This document shows, piece after piece, positions 20,014 through 30,886 of a stretch of 64,000 bases of DNA. The notes beneath the pieces are model-generated. The model saw only the letters and a program-made list of their open reading frames with translations. It did no database searches and was not told the DNA's origin. Each line of letters opens with the position of its first letter. Position 1 is the stretch's first letter. Source of the stretch: an uncultured Eubacteriaceae bacterium (GTDB lineage: Bacteria; Bacillota; Clostridia; Lachnospirales; Lachnospiraceae). The stretch spans positions 1,807 through 65,806 of the forward strand of contig CAMEUH010000001.1 of assembly GCA_945938055.1 (NCBI GenBank), read 5' to 3'. Position numbers and translations under genes: made by a program.

Positions 20014-20442
20014 TTAGAATGTTAATACTTCTGGCTTCTGAGCAGCCTGTTCATGCTCTGGTCCAGCGTATACGTGAAGCTTCTTGTACATTTCTCTTCC
20101 TAAAGGTCCCTTTGGAAGCATTCCCTTAACAGCAAGCTCGATAACTCTCTCCGGCTTCTTAGCCATCATTTCTCTAAGAGTTGTTTCCTTCATTCCACCA
20201 ACATATTCAGAATGATTGTAGTAAATCTTCTGATCTAATTTTCTACCTGTAAGCTGAACCTTCTCAGCGTTTACTACGATAACATAGTCACCCATATCAA
20301 GGTTTGGTGTAAATTCAGGCTTGTTCTTACCTCTTAAAACGGCTGCAACCTGTGATGTCAAACGACCTAATGTATATTGTGATGCATCAACAACATACCA
20401 TTTTCTCTCTACTGATGATGCACTAGGCATAAATGTCTTCAT
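20014..20442 (-). CDS. rplM: 50S ribosomal protein L13
   Basis: [11 protein letters not shown]-terminus, 142 aa. Confidence 0.97.
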   Translation of the reverse strand: MKTFMPSASSVERKWYVVDASQYTLGRLTSQVAAVLRGKNKPEFTPNLDMGDYVIVVNAEKVQLTGRKLDQKIYYNHSEYVGGMKETTLREMMAKKPERVIELAVKGMLPKGPLGREMYKKLHVYAGPEHEQAAQKPEVLTF

Positions 20443-20540
20443 TGTTTACCTCCTGTAAATCTGTTAAATTAATGAGTAATATATGATAAATGTTCACTTC
20501 CGGGGCTTTGGCAGGAACATTTTCTTATACTGTCGCACTA
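20443..20540 (-). promoter_or_regulatory. rplM 5' leader with stem-loop (L13-leader-like)
   Basis: About 95-nt untranslated leader containing AAATGTTC...GAACATTT, between the consensus promoter and the RBS. Confidence 0.4.
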
Positions 20541-20544
20541 AATG

Positions 20545-20573
20545 ATTATATTACACGTTTCCGCGTGTGTCAA
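20545..20573 (-). promoter_or_regulatory. Sigma-A promoter of rplM-rpsI
   Basis: Minus strand TTGACA, 17 nt, TATAAT (perfect consensus). Confidence 0.75.
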
Positions 20574-20619
20574 CAAATTTTTTCCATTCTGGCAAAAAAA
20601 ATTCTGGCAAAAAATTTAA

Positions 20620-21384
20620 TTAATCTTTGGCATACCGAATTTCCACCAGGGTAAGACCCTTTGCTGGTGCCGTCGGTCCTGCCAGGGTACGCTCTCCCGT
20701 CTCTATGGCCTGCTTTATCGTGTCAGATGTTCTTTTATTAAACCCGGCTTCTATCAAGGTTCCTGCAATAATCCGCACCATATTATATAAAAAACCATTT
20801 CCGGTTACCCGTATGGTAATGAGTGTACCTTCCTCTGGCAGTCTTTCTTCCAGCACATCAATGGAATATATGGTTCGAACCGTACTTTCCGCCTGAGTTT
20901 TTATGCTGCAGAATCCTTTAAAATCATATTCACCAACCAGACATTCTGCCGCATGACGCATTTTATCAACGTCCGGGCATGTCCTTAAAAAGTGTGTGTG
21001 AAACCGGTACGACGGAAGCGGTATTCTCCGGCAGAGTATTTTATACTCATAGGTCTTTTCGCTAACACACTTTCTAGGATGAAAATCCTCCTCTACCTGA
21101 ACGGAGGACTGCACAACAATATCCTCCGGAAGTCTGGCATTCAAAGCCATACAGATTTTTTCCGCAGGAATCCGGGTTGCAGTATCAAAAACAGCCACAT
21201 TTCCCAGCGCATGTACACCGGAATCCGTCCTGCTTGCTCCAATAACATGGATATCTTCCTTAAAAAGGTCTGATAATGCTTTATCCAGTTCTCCCTCTAC
21301 GGTAACTGCATTCGGCTGAATCTGCCAGCCGCAGTAATTAGTGCCGTCGTAAGCCACTCTAAGCATTACTCTCATTTTGCTCAC
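20620..21384 (-). CDS. truA: tRNA pseudouridine(38-40) synthase
   Basis: YDGTNYCGWQIQ and catalytic GASRTDSGVHA. Confidence 0.95.
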   Translation of the reverse strand: MSKMRVMLRVAYDGTNYCGWQIQPNAVTVEGELDKALSDLFKEDIHVIGASRTDSGVHALGNVAVFDTATRIPAEKICMALNARLPEDIVVQSSVQVEEDFHPRKCVSEKTYEYKILCRRIPLPSYRFHTHFLRTCPDVDKMRHAAECLVGEYDFKGFCSIKTQAESTVRTIYSIDVLEERLPEEGTLITIRVTGNGFLYNMVRIIAGTLIEAGFNKRTSDTIKQAIETGERTLAGPTAPAKGLTLVEIRYAKD

Positions 21385-21391
21385 CCTTATC

Positions 21392-22189
21392 CTAAATCCT
21401 GCTAATACAAATCATGGCTGCAAGATACACAAAAAGTATTGCATATGCCATGATATCGCGCTTTTTATATTTTAAAGGCTTCATCTTTGTTCTGCCGCTT
21501 CCACCGCGATAACATCTCGCTTCCATTGCCATGGCAAGGTCATTTGCCCTGCGGAAAGCTGAAATAAAAAGCGGAACCAGAAGAGGAACCATTGCCTTTG
21601 CTCTCTGAATAATATTTCCATGGTCAAAATCAGCACCTCTTGCAGTCTGAGCTTTCATGATTTTATCCGTTTCCTCAATCAGAATCGGAATAAACCGAAG
21701 TGCAATGGACATCATCATAGCAACTTCATGCACCGGTACACGAAAAATCTTTAAAAATCCAAGGCTTTTCTCCAGTCCATCCGTAAGATTATTTGGAGTG
21801 GTCGTCAGTGTCAGCAGTGAGGAACCAATAATCAGCATTAAAAGCCTGAAAATCATATAGAGTGCTGTTACAATTCCTTCCCATGTTATGGTTAATCTCC
21901 ATAATGTGACCACCGGAGTTCCTGGTGTCAGGAAAAGATTAAATACTGCACTGAATATTAAAATAAATAGAACTGCTTTTAATCCCTTTACAATAAACCG
22001 GAACGGAACCTTTGAAATTTTAATCATTGCCGCCAGAAACATTGCTGCAAAAAGATATAAAGGAACGCTCTTCCCAATAAAAAGTGAAATCAGAAAAATT
22101 ACGGTTCCAGCCAGCTTAACTCTTGGGTCCAGCTTATGAATGACAGAATCTGTCTGATAATATTGTCCAATCGTTATGTCTCTAATCAT
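21392..22189 (-). CDS. ecfT: Energy-coupling factor transporter transmembrane protein
   Basis: Polytopic protein with the ARG...R coupling-helix region (AQTARGADF). Follows the two EcfA genes. Confidence 0.9.
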   Translation of the reverse strand: MIRDITIGQYYQTDSVIHKLDPRVKLAGTVIFLISLFIGKSVPLYLFAAMFLAAMIKISKVPFRFIVKGLKAVLFILIFSAVFNLFLTPGTPVVTLWRLTITWEGIVTALYMIFRLLMLIIGSSLLTLTTTPNNLTDGLEKSLGFLKIFRVPVHEVAMMMSIALRFIPILIEETDKIMKAQTARGADFDHGNIIQRAKAMVPLLVPLFISAFRRANDLAMAMEARCYRGGSGRTKMKPLKYKKRDIMAYAILFVYLAAMICISRI

Positions 22190-23031
22190 CGAATCACCTT
22201 TAACAATTCTTCTCTTGCTTCTTCTACGGTTGTTACATCCAGCGGAACATTCATTCCACGTTTCCGCAATTCTGCCATGAGATACGTTACCTGCGGTGCT
22301 GCAAGTCCAACTGCTTCCAGCTCCTTATAATGTGTAAAAACCTTTTTCGGCTCATCATCATATAATAACTCACCATGATTCATTACCATGATTCTTCCCA
22401 CATATTTCGCCACATCTTCCATGCTATGTGATACCAGAATAACTGTTATTCCAGTATCTGCATGCAGTTTTGCAAGATAATCCAAAATTTCATCCCGACC
22501 TCTTGGGTCAAGTCCTGCTGTCGGTTCATCCAGAATCAGCACATCCGGTTTCATTGCCAGAACACCGGCAATCGCAACACGCCTTTTCTGTCCACCCGAT
22601 AGTTCAAATGGAGACTGATAGTAAAGATTTTCCTCCAACCCTACCTGTCTTAGTGCCTCAAATGCGCGAAACTCAGCATCCTTCTTGGATAAGCCCTGAT
22701 TTAACGGGCCAAAACAGACATCCTTAAAAATATCTGTCTCAAATAATTGATGCTCCGGATACTGAAACACCAGCCCCACATGATTTCTCAGTGTCCGCAT
22801 GTCATATTCCGGATCATAAATATCCTGTCCGTTATAATAAATCGTTCCGGTGGTTGCCTTAACAAGTCCATTCAAATGTTGAATCAGGGTTGATTTCCCC
22901 GAACCGGTATGACCAATCAGTCCAATAAACTCTCCATCTTCAATGGCAAAACTGACATTTTTTAACGCATATGTTTCCTGTCCTGAACCCTTGTCATAGG
23001 TATAATTAATCTTATCTGCTATAATTGACAT
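22186..23031 (-). CDS. ecfA2: ECF transporter ATPase A2
   Basis: GHTGSGKST, LSGGQKRRVAIA, ILDEPTAGLD. Confidence 0.92.
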   Translation of the reverse strand: MSIIADKINYTYDKGSGQETYALKNVSFAIEDGEFIGLIGHTGSGKSTLIQHLNGLVKATTGTIYYNGQDIYDPEYDMRTLRNHVGLVFQYPEHQLFETDIFKDVCFGPLNQGLSKKDAEFRAFEALRQVGLEENLYYQSPFELSGGQKRRVAIAGVLAMKPDVLILDEPTAGLDPRGRDEILDYLAKLHADTGITVILVSHSMEDVAKYVGRIMVMNHGELLYDDEPKKVFTHYKELEAVGLAAPQVTYLMAELRKRGMNVPLDVTTVEEAREELLKVIR

Positions 23032-23867
23032 ATTGCATCCACCAATTCTTCTATCGTAAGTATTCCCTCTGAAAGCGGAACACCTTTTTTCTTCAACTCA
23101 TGAGCAAGCTGTGTAACCTGCGGTACATCCAGCCTAAGCTCCTTTAACTTTTCCACCCGGGAAAAAATTTCCCGCGGAGTTCCGTCCATGACGACGCTTC
23201 CTTCATCCATAACAATCACACGGTTCGCATCCACTACTTCATCCATGTAGTGAGTAATCAGAATAACTGTCACATTTTCTTTTTCATTTAATTCATGTAA
23301 AGTCCGGATTACTTCTTTTCTGCCATTCGGATCAAGCATTGCCGTTGGTTCATCCAGAACAATACACTTTGGCTTCATTGCAACAATACCCGCAATTGCT
23401 ACTCGCTGCTTCTGCCCACCAGATAAACGATTTGGAGAGGCATCTCTAAATTCATACATTCCAACTGCTTTCAATGCCTTGTCGACACGTACCCATATTT
23501 CTTCTGTAGGAACTCCCATGTTTTCCGGTCCAAATCCCACATCTTCTTCCACAACCGTCCCAATAATCTGATTATCAGGATTCTGAAAAACCATCCCGGC
23601 CGTCTGTCGGATATCCCACAATTTATCTTCATCTGTGGTATCCATTCCATCCACCCAGACAGTACCTTCTGTTGGGATTAAAAGCGAATTCAAATGCTTT
23701 GCAAAGGTTGACTTTCCGGAACCATTATGTCCCAGAATTGCAACAAAATCACCCTGTTTAATGGATAGATTTATATTTTTTACCGCATTGACAATTCCAT
23801 CTACGTTTCCTTCTTCATCCCTGCGTATATAATCAAAAGATAATTCCTTTGTTTTAACAATATCCAT
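23019..23867 (-). CDS. ecfA1: ECF transporter ATPase A1
   Basis: GHNGSGKST, LSGGQKQRVAIA, VLDEPTAMLD. Start uncertain between 23867 (MDIVKTKEL) and 23900. Confidence 0.9.
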   Translation of the reverse strand: MDIVKTKELSFDYIRRDEEGNVDGIVNAVKNINLSIKQGDFVAILGHNGSGKSTFAKHLNSLLIPTEGTVWVDGMDTTDEDKLWDIRQTAGMVFQNPDNQIIGTVVEEDVGFGPENMGVPTEEIWVRVDKALKAVGMYEFRDASPNRLSGGQKQRVAIAGIVAMKPKCIVLDEPTAMLDPNGRKEVIRTLHELNEKENVTVILITHYMDEVVDANRVIVMDEGSVVMDGTPREIFSRVEKLKELRLDVPQVTQLAHELKKKGVPLSEGILTIEELVDAICQL

Positions 23868-23935
23868 CCATTCACATCCCTTCTTAATACAAAAACCCAT
23901 CCTAAGCCAGATGGGTTTTCACATTAACCAATTTA

Positions 23936-24472
23936 TTAAACTAACTCAATCAGAACCTGCATTGCTGCATCACCCTTACGAAGACCAATCTTAGTGATTC
24001 TTGTATAACCACCCTTACGGTCAGCGTACTTTGGAGCGATTTCATCAAATAACTTAGCTACCAGATCAACCTGCTTTGTATTCTTCTTTCTTCCTGCGCC
24101 TGCAGCCGGAACTTCCTTAACCGGATACAGTACCTGAAGCATCTGATGTCTTGCATGAAGTCTGGAAGGCATATCCTTCTTGATTGACTTTTCTACGTTG
24201 TCATATACAGTAACTTTCTTACCATCAACAACTTCCTTTACTCTCTTGCCATTTGCATCCTTACGTGCAACCTTTGCAGTAACAGTAACGGTTTCAAAGT
24301 TATCTCTTTCCTTAACAGCTAAAGTAATTAACTTTTCAGCCTGCTTACGAATTTCTTTTGCTCTTGCTTCTGTTGTAACAATCTTACCATTATTGATTAA
24401 AGCTGTTACCTGGCTTCTGATTAAAGCCTTTCTCTGGTCAGATGTTCTTCCCAGCTTTCTGTATTCTGCCAT
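23936..24472 (-). CDS. rplQ: 50S ribosomal protein L17 (expanded, 178 aa)
   Basis: [14 protein letters not shown] start and GGYTRI...GDAA...IELV end, with Lys-rich internal insertions. Confidence 0.95.
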   Translation of the reverse strand: MAEYRKLGRTSDQRKALIRSQVTALINNGKIVTTEARAKEIRKQAEKLITLAVKERDNFETVTVTAKVARKDANGKRVKEVVDGKKVTVYDNVEKSIKKDMPSRLHARHQMLQVLYPVKEVPAAGAGRKKNTKQVDLVAKLFDEIAPKYADRKGGYTRITKIGLRKGDAAMQVLIELV

Positions 24473-24607
24473 TTTAATTTACCTCCATAGTTGGGCGGTT
24501 CTACCGCCATTTGTGGAACATATTTCTATGCTCATCGGTCTTATTAGTAATATGTCTGCATAAAGCCCGCCACATTATGACAGATTCATGCAGAGGTATA
24601 CATACAA

Positions 24608-24634
24608 GCTTGAAGTTCCATTGGAACTTCAAGC
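24608..24634 (-). terminator. Perfect 12-bp hairpin between rpoA and rplQ (attenuator or partial terminator)
   Basis: GCTTGAAGTTCC-AAT-GGAACTTCAAGC, 12 nt after the rpoA stop. The tail is only moderately U-rich. Confidence 0.45.
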
Positions 24635-24645
24635 ACATAGGTATC

Positions 24646-25608
24646 TTAATCTTCGCTCTGGTTTAAGGATAAACCAAGTTCTTTTAACTTTGCTAATACT
24701 TCTTCCAAAGACTTGCGACCAAGGTTACGAACCTTCATCATGTCCTCAGATGTTCTGTTGCAAAGCTCTTCAACAGTATTGATGCCAGCTCTCTTCAAGC
24801 AGTTATGTGAACGTACTGAAAGCTCTAATTCATCAATGCTCATTTCAAGCACTTTCTCTTTCTCATTGTCTTCCTTCTCTACCATAACGTCTACAGACTT
24901 GGCATTTTCGGATAAGTCAATGAACAGACTCAAATGCTCGCTAAGTACCTTAGCTGCAAGGCTTACAGCCTCGTCCGGTGCCAAAGTACCATTTGTAAAT
25001 ACATCTAATGTAAGCTTATCGTAATCTGTAATCTGTCCTACACGAGTGTTCTGTACAGATAAGTTTACTCTCTCGACTGGTGTATAGATAGAATCAATAG
25101 AAATCACACCAACAGGCATATTTTCTGTCTTGTTCTTATCAGAACTTACATATCCTCTGCCCTTTGTAATGGTTAATTCCATAAAAAGCTTGCAATCAAC
25201 ACCACCATTTAATGTAGCGATTACCTGTTCCGGATTAATGATCTCAATATCTGAATCAGCCTGGATATCAGCACCCGTAACTACGCCTTCACGACCTTCC
25301 ACTTCAATGTAAGCAGTCTTTGGCTCGTTGGAATCGCTGGTATTCTTAATTGCTAATTCCTTGATATTCATGATAATCTCAGTTACATCTTCCTTGATTC
25401 CAGGAATGGAACTGAACTCATGTAAAACACCATCAATTTTAATCTGGCTAACGGCAGCACCCGGTAATGAAGAAAGCATAATTCTTCTTAAAGAGTTACC
25501 AAGTGTTGTACCATAACCTCTCTCAAGTGGTTCTACAACAAATCTTCCATACTTCTTGTCTTCAGAGATCTCTTCAATCTCAATTTTGGGTTTTTCAAAA
25601 TCGAACAC
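24646..25608 (-). CDS. rpoA: DNA-directed RNA polymerase subunit alpha
   Basis: [22 protein letters not shown] and C-terminal domain [15 protein letters not shown]. Confidence 0.98.
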   Translation of the reverse strand: MFDFEKPKIEIEEISEDKKYGRFVVEPLERGYGTTLGNSLRRIMLSSLPGAAVSQIKIDGVLHEFSSIPGIKEDVTEIIMNIKELAIKNTSDSNEPKTAYIEVEGREGVVTGADIQADSDIEIINPEQVIATLNGGVDCKLFMELTITKGRGYVSSDKNKTENMPVGVISIDSIYTPVERVNLSVQNTRVGQITDYDKLTLDVFTNGTLAPDEAVSLAAKVLSEHLSLFIDLSENAKSVDVMVEKEDNEKEKVLEMSIDELELSVRSHNCLKRAGINTVEELCNRTSEDMMKVRNLGRKSLEEVLAKLKELGLSLNQSED

Positions 25609-25651
25609 AATAAGCCCCTCCTTTTGGGTATGGTTGGCTAATCCTTACGGA

Positions 25652-26245
25652 TTACTTTGAGTATAACTCGACGATAAGCATCTCGTTAACTGGAACATCT
25701 ATAACTTCTCTTGTAGGTAAGTTCTTTACTACACCCTTAAGATTTTCTACATCAGCATCAAGCCATTCTGGAACAACTCTTCCTGCTGTTGCATCTAAGA
25801 TTTCCTTATATCTTACTGAATCCTTTGACTTTTCTCTGATTTCAACTGTATCACCAGCTTTGATTAAATAAGATGGAACATTAACACTCTGTCCATTTAC
25901 TAATACCTGCTTATGACTAACAATCTGTCTTGCTTCTCTTCTTGTTCTTGCAAATCCTAAACGGAAAATTACATTATCAAGTCTTCTTTCAAGAAGAATC
26001 ATAAGATTCTCACCGGACATGCCGTTCATCTTTTCAGCCTTTTCAAAGTAGTTTCTGAAAGGCTTCTCTAATACGCCGTAGATAAACTTAGCCTTCTGCT
26101 TTTCTCTAAGCTGTAAGCCATATTCGCTTACCTTCTTACCAGCGTTTCTTGATTTTCTATTTGATTTCTTATTTACGCCTAAATAAAATGGATCTAAATC
26201 AAGTGATCTACATCTTTTTAAAACAGGAACTCTGTTTATAGCCAT
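25652..26245 (-). CDS. rpsD: 30S ribosomal protein S4
   Basis: [10 protein letters not shown] and [13 protein letters not shown]4 domain. Confidence 0.97.
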   Translation of the reverse strand: MAINRVPVLKRCRSLDLDPFYLGVNKKSNRKSRNAGKKVSEYGLQLREKQKAKFIYGVLEKPFRNYFEKAEKMNGMSGENLMILLERRLDNVIFRLGFARTRREARQIVSHKQVLVNGQSVNVPSYLIKAGDTVEIREKSKDSVRYKEILDATAGRVVPEWLDADVENLKGVVKNLPTREVIDVPVNEMLIVELYSK

Positions 26246-26262
26246 CTTAACTGCACCTCCTA

Positions 26263-26658
26263 TTAAACTCTTCTACGCTTTGGTGGACGACATCCGTTAT
26301 GTGGAACTGGTGTTACATCCTTAATACTAACAACTTCAAGACCACAAGCCTGAAGAGCACGAATTGCTGCTTCTCTACCTGAACCTGGTCCCTTAACCAT
26401 AACGTCAACTGATTTTAATCCGTGAACCAAAGCTGCCTTTGTAGCAGTTTCTGCTGCCATCTGAGCTGCATAAGGAGTAGATTTTCTTGAACCTCTAAAT
26501 CCCAGACCACCGGCACTTGCCCATGATAATGCATTACCTTCTGTATCAGTAAGTGTAACGATTGTATTATTAAAAGATGACTGGATATGTGCCTGTCCTC
26601 GTTCAACGTTTTTCTTAACACGCTTTTTTGTCACTTTTTTTGTAACTTTTTGAGCCAT
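26263..26658 (-). CDS. rpsK: 30S ribosomal protein S11
   Basis: [13 protein letters not shown]...[14 protein letters not shown]. Confidence 0.97.
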   Translation of the reverse strand: MAQKVTKKVTKKRVKKNVERGQAHIQSSFNNTIVTLTDTEGNALSWASAGGLGFRGSRKSTPYAAQMAAETATKAALVHGLKSVDVMVKGPGSGREAAIRALQACGLEVVSIKDVTPVPHNGCRPPKRRRV

Positions 26659-26712
26659 TTTCTAAACTAACCTCCCTTATGGGTACCCTTTACGGGTCAC
26701 AACTATTTATTA

Positions 26713-27084
26713 TTATTTCTTCTTATTTGCAACTGTCTTCTTTGGACCCTTACGAGTTCTTGCATTTGTCTTAGTCTTCTGACCTCTTACAGGCAGACCC
26801 TTTCTATGACGAATACCTCTGTAGCATCCAATTTCCTGTAATCTCTTGATATTCAGGGCAACTTCTCTTCTTAAATCACCTTCTACAAGGATTTCGTGAG
26901 CTTCCATAGCCTTCTGAATCTTAATAACTTCGTCGTCTGTTAAATCCTTTACACGAGTATCTGGATTTACTCCTGCTTCAGCAAGAAGACGGTTTGAAGT
27001 AACTCTACCTATACCATAAATATAAGTAAGACCAATTTCAATACGTTTTTCTCTTGGTAAGTCCACACCAGCGATACGAGCCAT
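26713..27084 (-). CDS. rpsM: 30S ribosomal protein S13
   Basis: [17 protein letters not shown]-track start trimmed to ATG 27084 behind a GGAGGTG RBS. Confidence 0.96.
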   Translation of the reverse strand: MARIAGVDLPREKRIEIGLTYIYGIGRVTSNRLLAEAGVNPDTRVKDLTDDEVIKIQKAMEAHEILVEGDLRREVALNIKRLQEIGCYRGIRHRKGLPVRGQKTKTNARTRKGPKKTVANKKK

Positions 27085-27360
27085 GCGTATTACACCTCCA
27101 TTAGTTATTCTTCCGTAAGGAACACATATCGCAGCCCACCCGTTCCGGATGTCTGAAATGTTGTGCGTACACATTCCTTATCTATTCTTTGTTTCATATA
27201 TATTTATAAAATGATAGCAATTCACACCACATATTAACAACGACGCCTGGTGTTTCATTGCTGCAGCCGCATTACAATTCATCTCTGGAAACTGCTAAAT
27301 TTTTCCAAAGATTACAACGCAAAAACAAGAGAAGCCCTATTTTACTTCCCTTTTGGTAAA

Positions 27361-27474
27361 TTAACCCTGTCTTTGCTTGTGCTTAGGATTCTCACAGATT
27401 ACTCTGATAGCTCCCTTTCTCTTAATAATCTTGCATTTTTCGCAAATAGGCTTTACAGATGATCTAACCTTCAC
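27361..27474 (-). CDS. rpmJ: 50S ribosomal protein L36
   Basis: Hand-translated [40 protein letters not shown] start behind AAGGAG. Below the ORF-track size cutoff. Confidence 0.93.
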
Positions 27475-27566
27475 AGTAATTCTCCTTTCCCAAAAAAGTA
27501 CGCTTTACATTATATCAGACACTTTGTAAAATGGCAAGCATTACTTTTGAAAAAATTTTGTTATTA

Positions 27567-27785
27567 TTATTTATCTCTCCAGATGATTCTTCCCTTGGTT
27601 AAATCATATGGGGAAAGTTCTATAGTTACCTTATCACCAGGCAAGATACGAATGTAATTCATCCTTAACTTACCGCTGATATGAGCCAGTACCTTATGCC
27701 CGTTTTCCAGTTCAACCTGAAACATTGCATTTGGTAATTTCTCAATTACTGTTCCTTCGATTTCAATAACGTCTGACTTTGACAT
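27567..27785 (-). CDS. infA: Translation initiation factor IF-1
   Basis: [24 protein letters not shown]..., 72 aa. Confidence 0.97.
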   Translation of the reverse strand: MSKSDVIEIEGTVIEKLPNAMFQVELENGHKVLAHISGKLRMNYIRILPGDKVTIELSPYDLTKGRIIWRDK

Positions 27786-27797
27786 ATTAACCTCCTC

Positions 27798-28064
27798 TTA
27801 ATTCCCTGCCTTATAATCTTTAATGGCTTTTTTGATGTCTTCGTTTTTTAATAAATTGTTCTGCTCTAATTTTTCACCAATTACCGGATCCATATAACCA
27901 ATCCGCTGAATATGTTTGATTTTTTTCTTTTTTGGCTTCTCAATTGTTTTCAGCCTTCCATCTGCCAGATATACATATTCCTTATCACAATCTATTATTA
28001 CATAAATCTGATCTGCATCGTGACCGGCCTTGGATTTTGCAAATGTTCCTATATTAATATCCAT
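27798..28064 (-). CDS. KOW-domain RNA-binding protein (L14E-like) between map and infA
   Basis: GTFAKSKAGHDADQIYVII KOW-like start and a basic KPKKKKIKH segment. Conserved position in Firmicutes. Confidence 0.75.
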   Translation of the reverse strand: MDINIGTFAKSKAGHDADQIYVIIDCDKEYVYLADGRLKTIEKPKKKKIKHIQRIGYMDPVIGEKLEQNNLLKNEDIKKAIKDYKAGN

Positions 28065-28076
28065 GGTTCCTCCATC

Positions 28077-28829
28077 TTATCGAAGTGATAATATTTCAGG
28101 TTCACCATCTGTAATCAGCACTGTATTTTCATAATGTGCCGATAAGGAACCATCTGTTGTTACAACCGTCCACTCATCATCAAGCCATCTTACGTTATAT
28201 TGGCCTGCATTAATCATTGGTTCAATGGCTAAAGTCATCCCAGCCTTCAGCCTCATGCCTCTCGTTTCCTGCTTGAAATTCGGCACCTGTGGATCTTCAT
28301 GAAGAGCACTTCCCACACCATGTCCCACCAAATCTCTTACTACCCCAAAGCCAAAGCTTTCTGCATAGTTTCCGATTGCTGTGGATATTTCATGTAAATG
28401 GCACCCTTCCCTGGCATATTTAATGCCTTCAAAGAAACACTGTTTTGTTACCTCTATTAATTTTCTGGCATCTTCGCTTATTGTACCAACTCCATATGTT
28501 CTTGCGGCATCAGAGTGATAACCCTTATATATAACACCCGCATCCAGACTCACAATATCTCCCTCATGCAAAATACGTTTCTTGCTGGGAATTCCATGAA
28601 CAACTTCGTCGTTTACAGAAACACATATTGATGCCGGATATCCGTTATACCCAAGGAAAGACGGAGTACAACCATAACTTTCAATAAGCTGCCTGCCCTT
28701 TCTGTCAATATCCAAAGTTGTAATTCCCGGTTTTATCATTCTGCCAAGTTCCTCATGCACTTCAAAGAGGATTTTTCCTGCTTCTCGCATAAGTTCAATT
28801 TCCCGTTCTGACTTAATTGACACTGACAT
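28077..28829 (-). CDS. map: Type I methionine aminopeptidase
   Basis: Metal ligands in DIVSLDAG, VGHGVG and IEPM contexts. 250 aa. Confidence 0.95.
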   Translation of the reverse strand: MSVSIKSEREIELMREAGKILFEVHEELGRMIKPGITTLDIDRKGRQLIESYGCTPSFLGYNGYPASICVSVNDEVVHGIPSKKRILHEGDIVSLDAGVIYKGYHSDAARTYGVGTISEDARKLIEVTKQCFFEGIKYAREGCHLHEISTAIGNYAESFGFGVVRDLVGHGVGSALHEDPQVPNFKQETRGMRLKAGMTLAIEPMINAGQYNVRWLDDEWTVVTTDGSLSAHYENTVLITDGEPEILSLR

Positions 28830-28834
28830 AATAA

Positions 28835-29479
28835 TTATTCTCCAAGAATTTCAACAATTGCAGTAAACACATCGTTCATGTCCACTGTTCCATCAACTTC
28901 TTTTAATACACCCTTCTTACCGTAATAGTCAATAAGAGGCTGTGTCTGCTCATGATATACCTTAAGACGCTTTTCTACAGTTTCCGGCTTGTCATCATCT
29001 CTTAAAATTAATTCCTTGCCGCATCTGTCACAAATTCCTTCGGTCTTTGTCGGATTATAAACGATATGGTACGTAGCACCACATCCAACACATGCCCGGC
29101 GTCCGGACATACGTCTTACGATATTTTCATCTGGTACTTCTACATTAATTGCATAATCTACCTTTTCACCGATTGCATTTAATGCCTTATCAAGAGCCTC
29201 AGCCTGTGGTATTGTTCTTGGAAAACCATCCAGAACATAACCATTTGCACAATCAGCTTCCTGAAAACGATCCATGATTAAATCTACTACTAATTCATCC
29301 GGAACAAGAAGTCCCTGATCCATATATGTCTTGGCTTTCTTACCAAGTTCTGTTCCATTCTTAATATTTGCACGGAAAATGTCTCCTGTGGAGATATGCG
29401 GAATGGAATACTTATCTGCTATCATCTTTGCCTGTGTACCCTTGCCGGCACCAGGTGCTCCCAACATAATAATCTTCAT
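28835..29479 (-). CDS. adk: Adenylate kinase
   Basis: [16 protein letters not shown] and a Zn lid CVGCGATYH...CDRCG. Start trimmed to ATG 29479. Confidence 0.96.
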   Translation of the reverse strand: MKIIMLGAPGAGKGTQAKMIADKYSIPHISTGDIFRANIKNGTELGKKAKTYMDQGLLVPDELVVDLIMDRFQEADCANGYVLDGFPRTIPQAEALDKALNAIGEKVDYAINVEVPDENIVRRMSGRRACVGCGATYHIVYNPTKTEGICDRCGKELILRDDDKPETVEKRLKVYHEQTQPLIDYYGKKGVLKEVDGTVDMNDVFTAIVEILGE

Positions 29480-29566
29480 AATTCTGCATCTGCCTTTCAC
29501 GGAATGTGTAATAATCTTAAAGCCAGAAAAACTCGCCTGGCCGAAACCAGGCAAGTTGTCTGCTAA

Positions 29567-30886
29567 TTAGTCATTTAAAAATCCCTTGTAATTTCTTACC
29601 AGCATCTGGGATTCAATTGCTTTCAGTGTTTCAAGGATAACACCAACAATAATGATGATGGATGTACCACTAAATGACACACTTGCCTTAAATACACCTG
29701 AGAAGAAGATTGGAACTACTGCAACAATAATCAGTCCACATGCGCCAATGAAGATTATGTAATTAAGAATCTTATTTAAATAATCTGAGGTTGGCTTTCC
29801 AGGACGAATACCCGGAATAAATCCACCGCTCTTCTTCATGTTATTTGCAATCTCCAGTGGATTAAAGGTAATGGATGTATAGAAGTATGCAAAGAATACT
29901 ACTAATACAATATATACGATTAAACCGATGGAATACTTTGGATACTGTGGGTTGCACCAATATGATGAACTTAAGTATCTCGCCCATTCTGCACCATTTG
30001 CATTAAAAAACTGGGCAATAATAACTGGTGTGGATAATAATGATGAAGCAAAGATGACAGGAATTACACCAGCTGTATTAACCTTAAGCGGTATAACTGA
30101 CTGCTGTCCACCAGCAGACTTTCTACCTACAATTTTCTGTGAGTACTGTACCGGAATCTTACGTACGCCATCCTGAAGAATACATACGAATACTACCATT
30201 GCAATAATTACTGCAAGGATAATTACTGCAGCCAGTACTCCTCTTGCTACATCCTTTGATAATACAAAGTCATTGAACAGTCTTACCATGTCTTCCGGAA
30301 TTCTGGAAACGATGTTAAATAACAGTACAATTGAAATACCGTTTCCAACACCTTTTTCTGTAATTCTTTCACCAATCCACATAAGCATTGCAGAACCGGC
30401 TGTTAACGTAACAATGATTACAATAACAGACCATACATATTTTCCAGTACTCATTGTGGCATAGCCTTTGATAAGACCCTGTCCGCCAAACCCTACTGCC
30501 ATTGCCGTACTCTCAATCAAAGCAAGAGCAACGGTAAGGTAACGGGTAATTTCTGCAATCTTCTTTCTTCCATCTTCGCCTTCCTTCTGCATTTCCTCAA
30601 GTTTTGGAATTGCAATGGTCATAAGCTGCATGATAATGGAAGATGTAATGTATGGTGTAATGCTCAATGCAAATACGGACATTGATAAGAATGATCCACC
30701 GGTAAATGCATCCAGAAAACTAAATGCATCTCCGGCTGAGCCAAACAATGTACTAAAATAAGTTGTATCAACTCCCGGAATAGGAAGCAAGCTTCCTATT
30801 CTTATCACAACTAACATTAAGAATGTATATATGAGTTTCTTTCTTATATCCTTAATTTTTAATGCGTTACGGAGTGTTTTTAACAT
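29567..30886 (-). CDS. secY: Preprotein translocase subunit SecY
   Basis: 10-TM protein with GITPYITSSIIMQL-type motif (SITPYITSSIIMQL). Confidence 0.97.
   Translation of the reverse strand: MLKTLRNALKIKDIRKKLIYTFLMLVVIRIGSLLPIPGVDTTYFSTLFGSAGDAFSFLDAFTGGSFLSMSVFALSITPYITSSIIMQLMTIAIPKLEEMQKEGEDGRKKIAEITRYLTVALALIESTAMAVGFGGQGLIKGYATMSTGKYVWSVIVIIVTLTAGSAMLMWIGERITEKGVGNGISIVLLFNIVSRIPEDMVRLFNDFVLSKDVARGVLAAVIILAVIIAMVVFVCILQDGVRKIPVQYSQKIVGRKSAGGQQSVIPLKVNTAGVIPVIFASSLLSTPVIIAQFFNANGAEWARYLSSSYWCNPQYPKYSIGLIVYIVLVVFFAYFYTSITFNPLEIANNMKKSGGFIPGIRPGKPTSDYLNKILNYIIFIGACGLIIVAVVPIFFSGVFKASVSFSGTSIIIIVGVILETLKAIESQMLVRNYKGFLND

Noticed and set aside
26713-27174. Long N-terminal extensions in the ORF track for rpsM, adk, rpsE, rpsC, rpsJ, rplX, rplF, rpsQ, GH5 and the AstE-like gene
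   Set aside because: The conserved protein N-termini start at internal ATG/GTG codons that have proper RBS spacing. The extensions overlap upstream genes or leaders.
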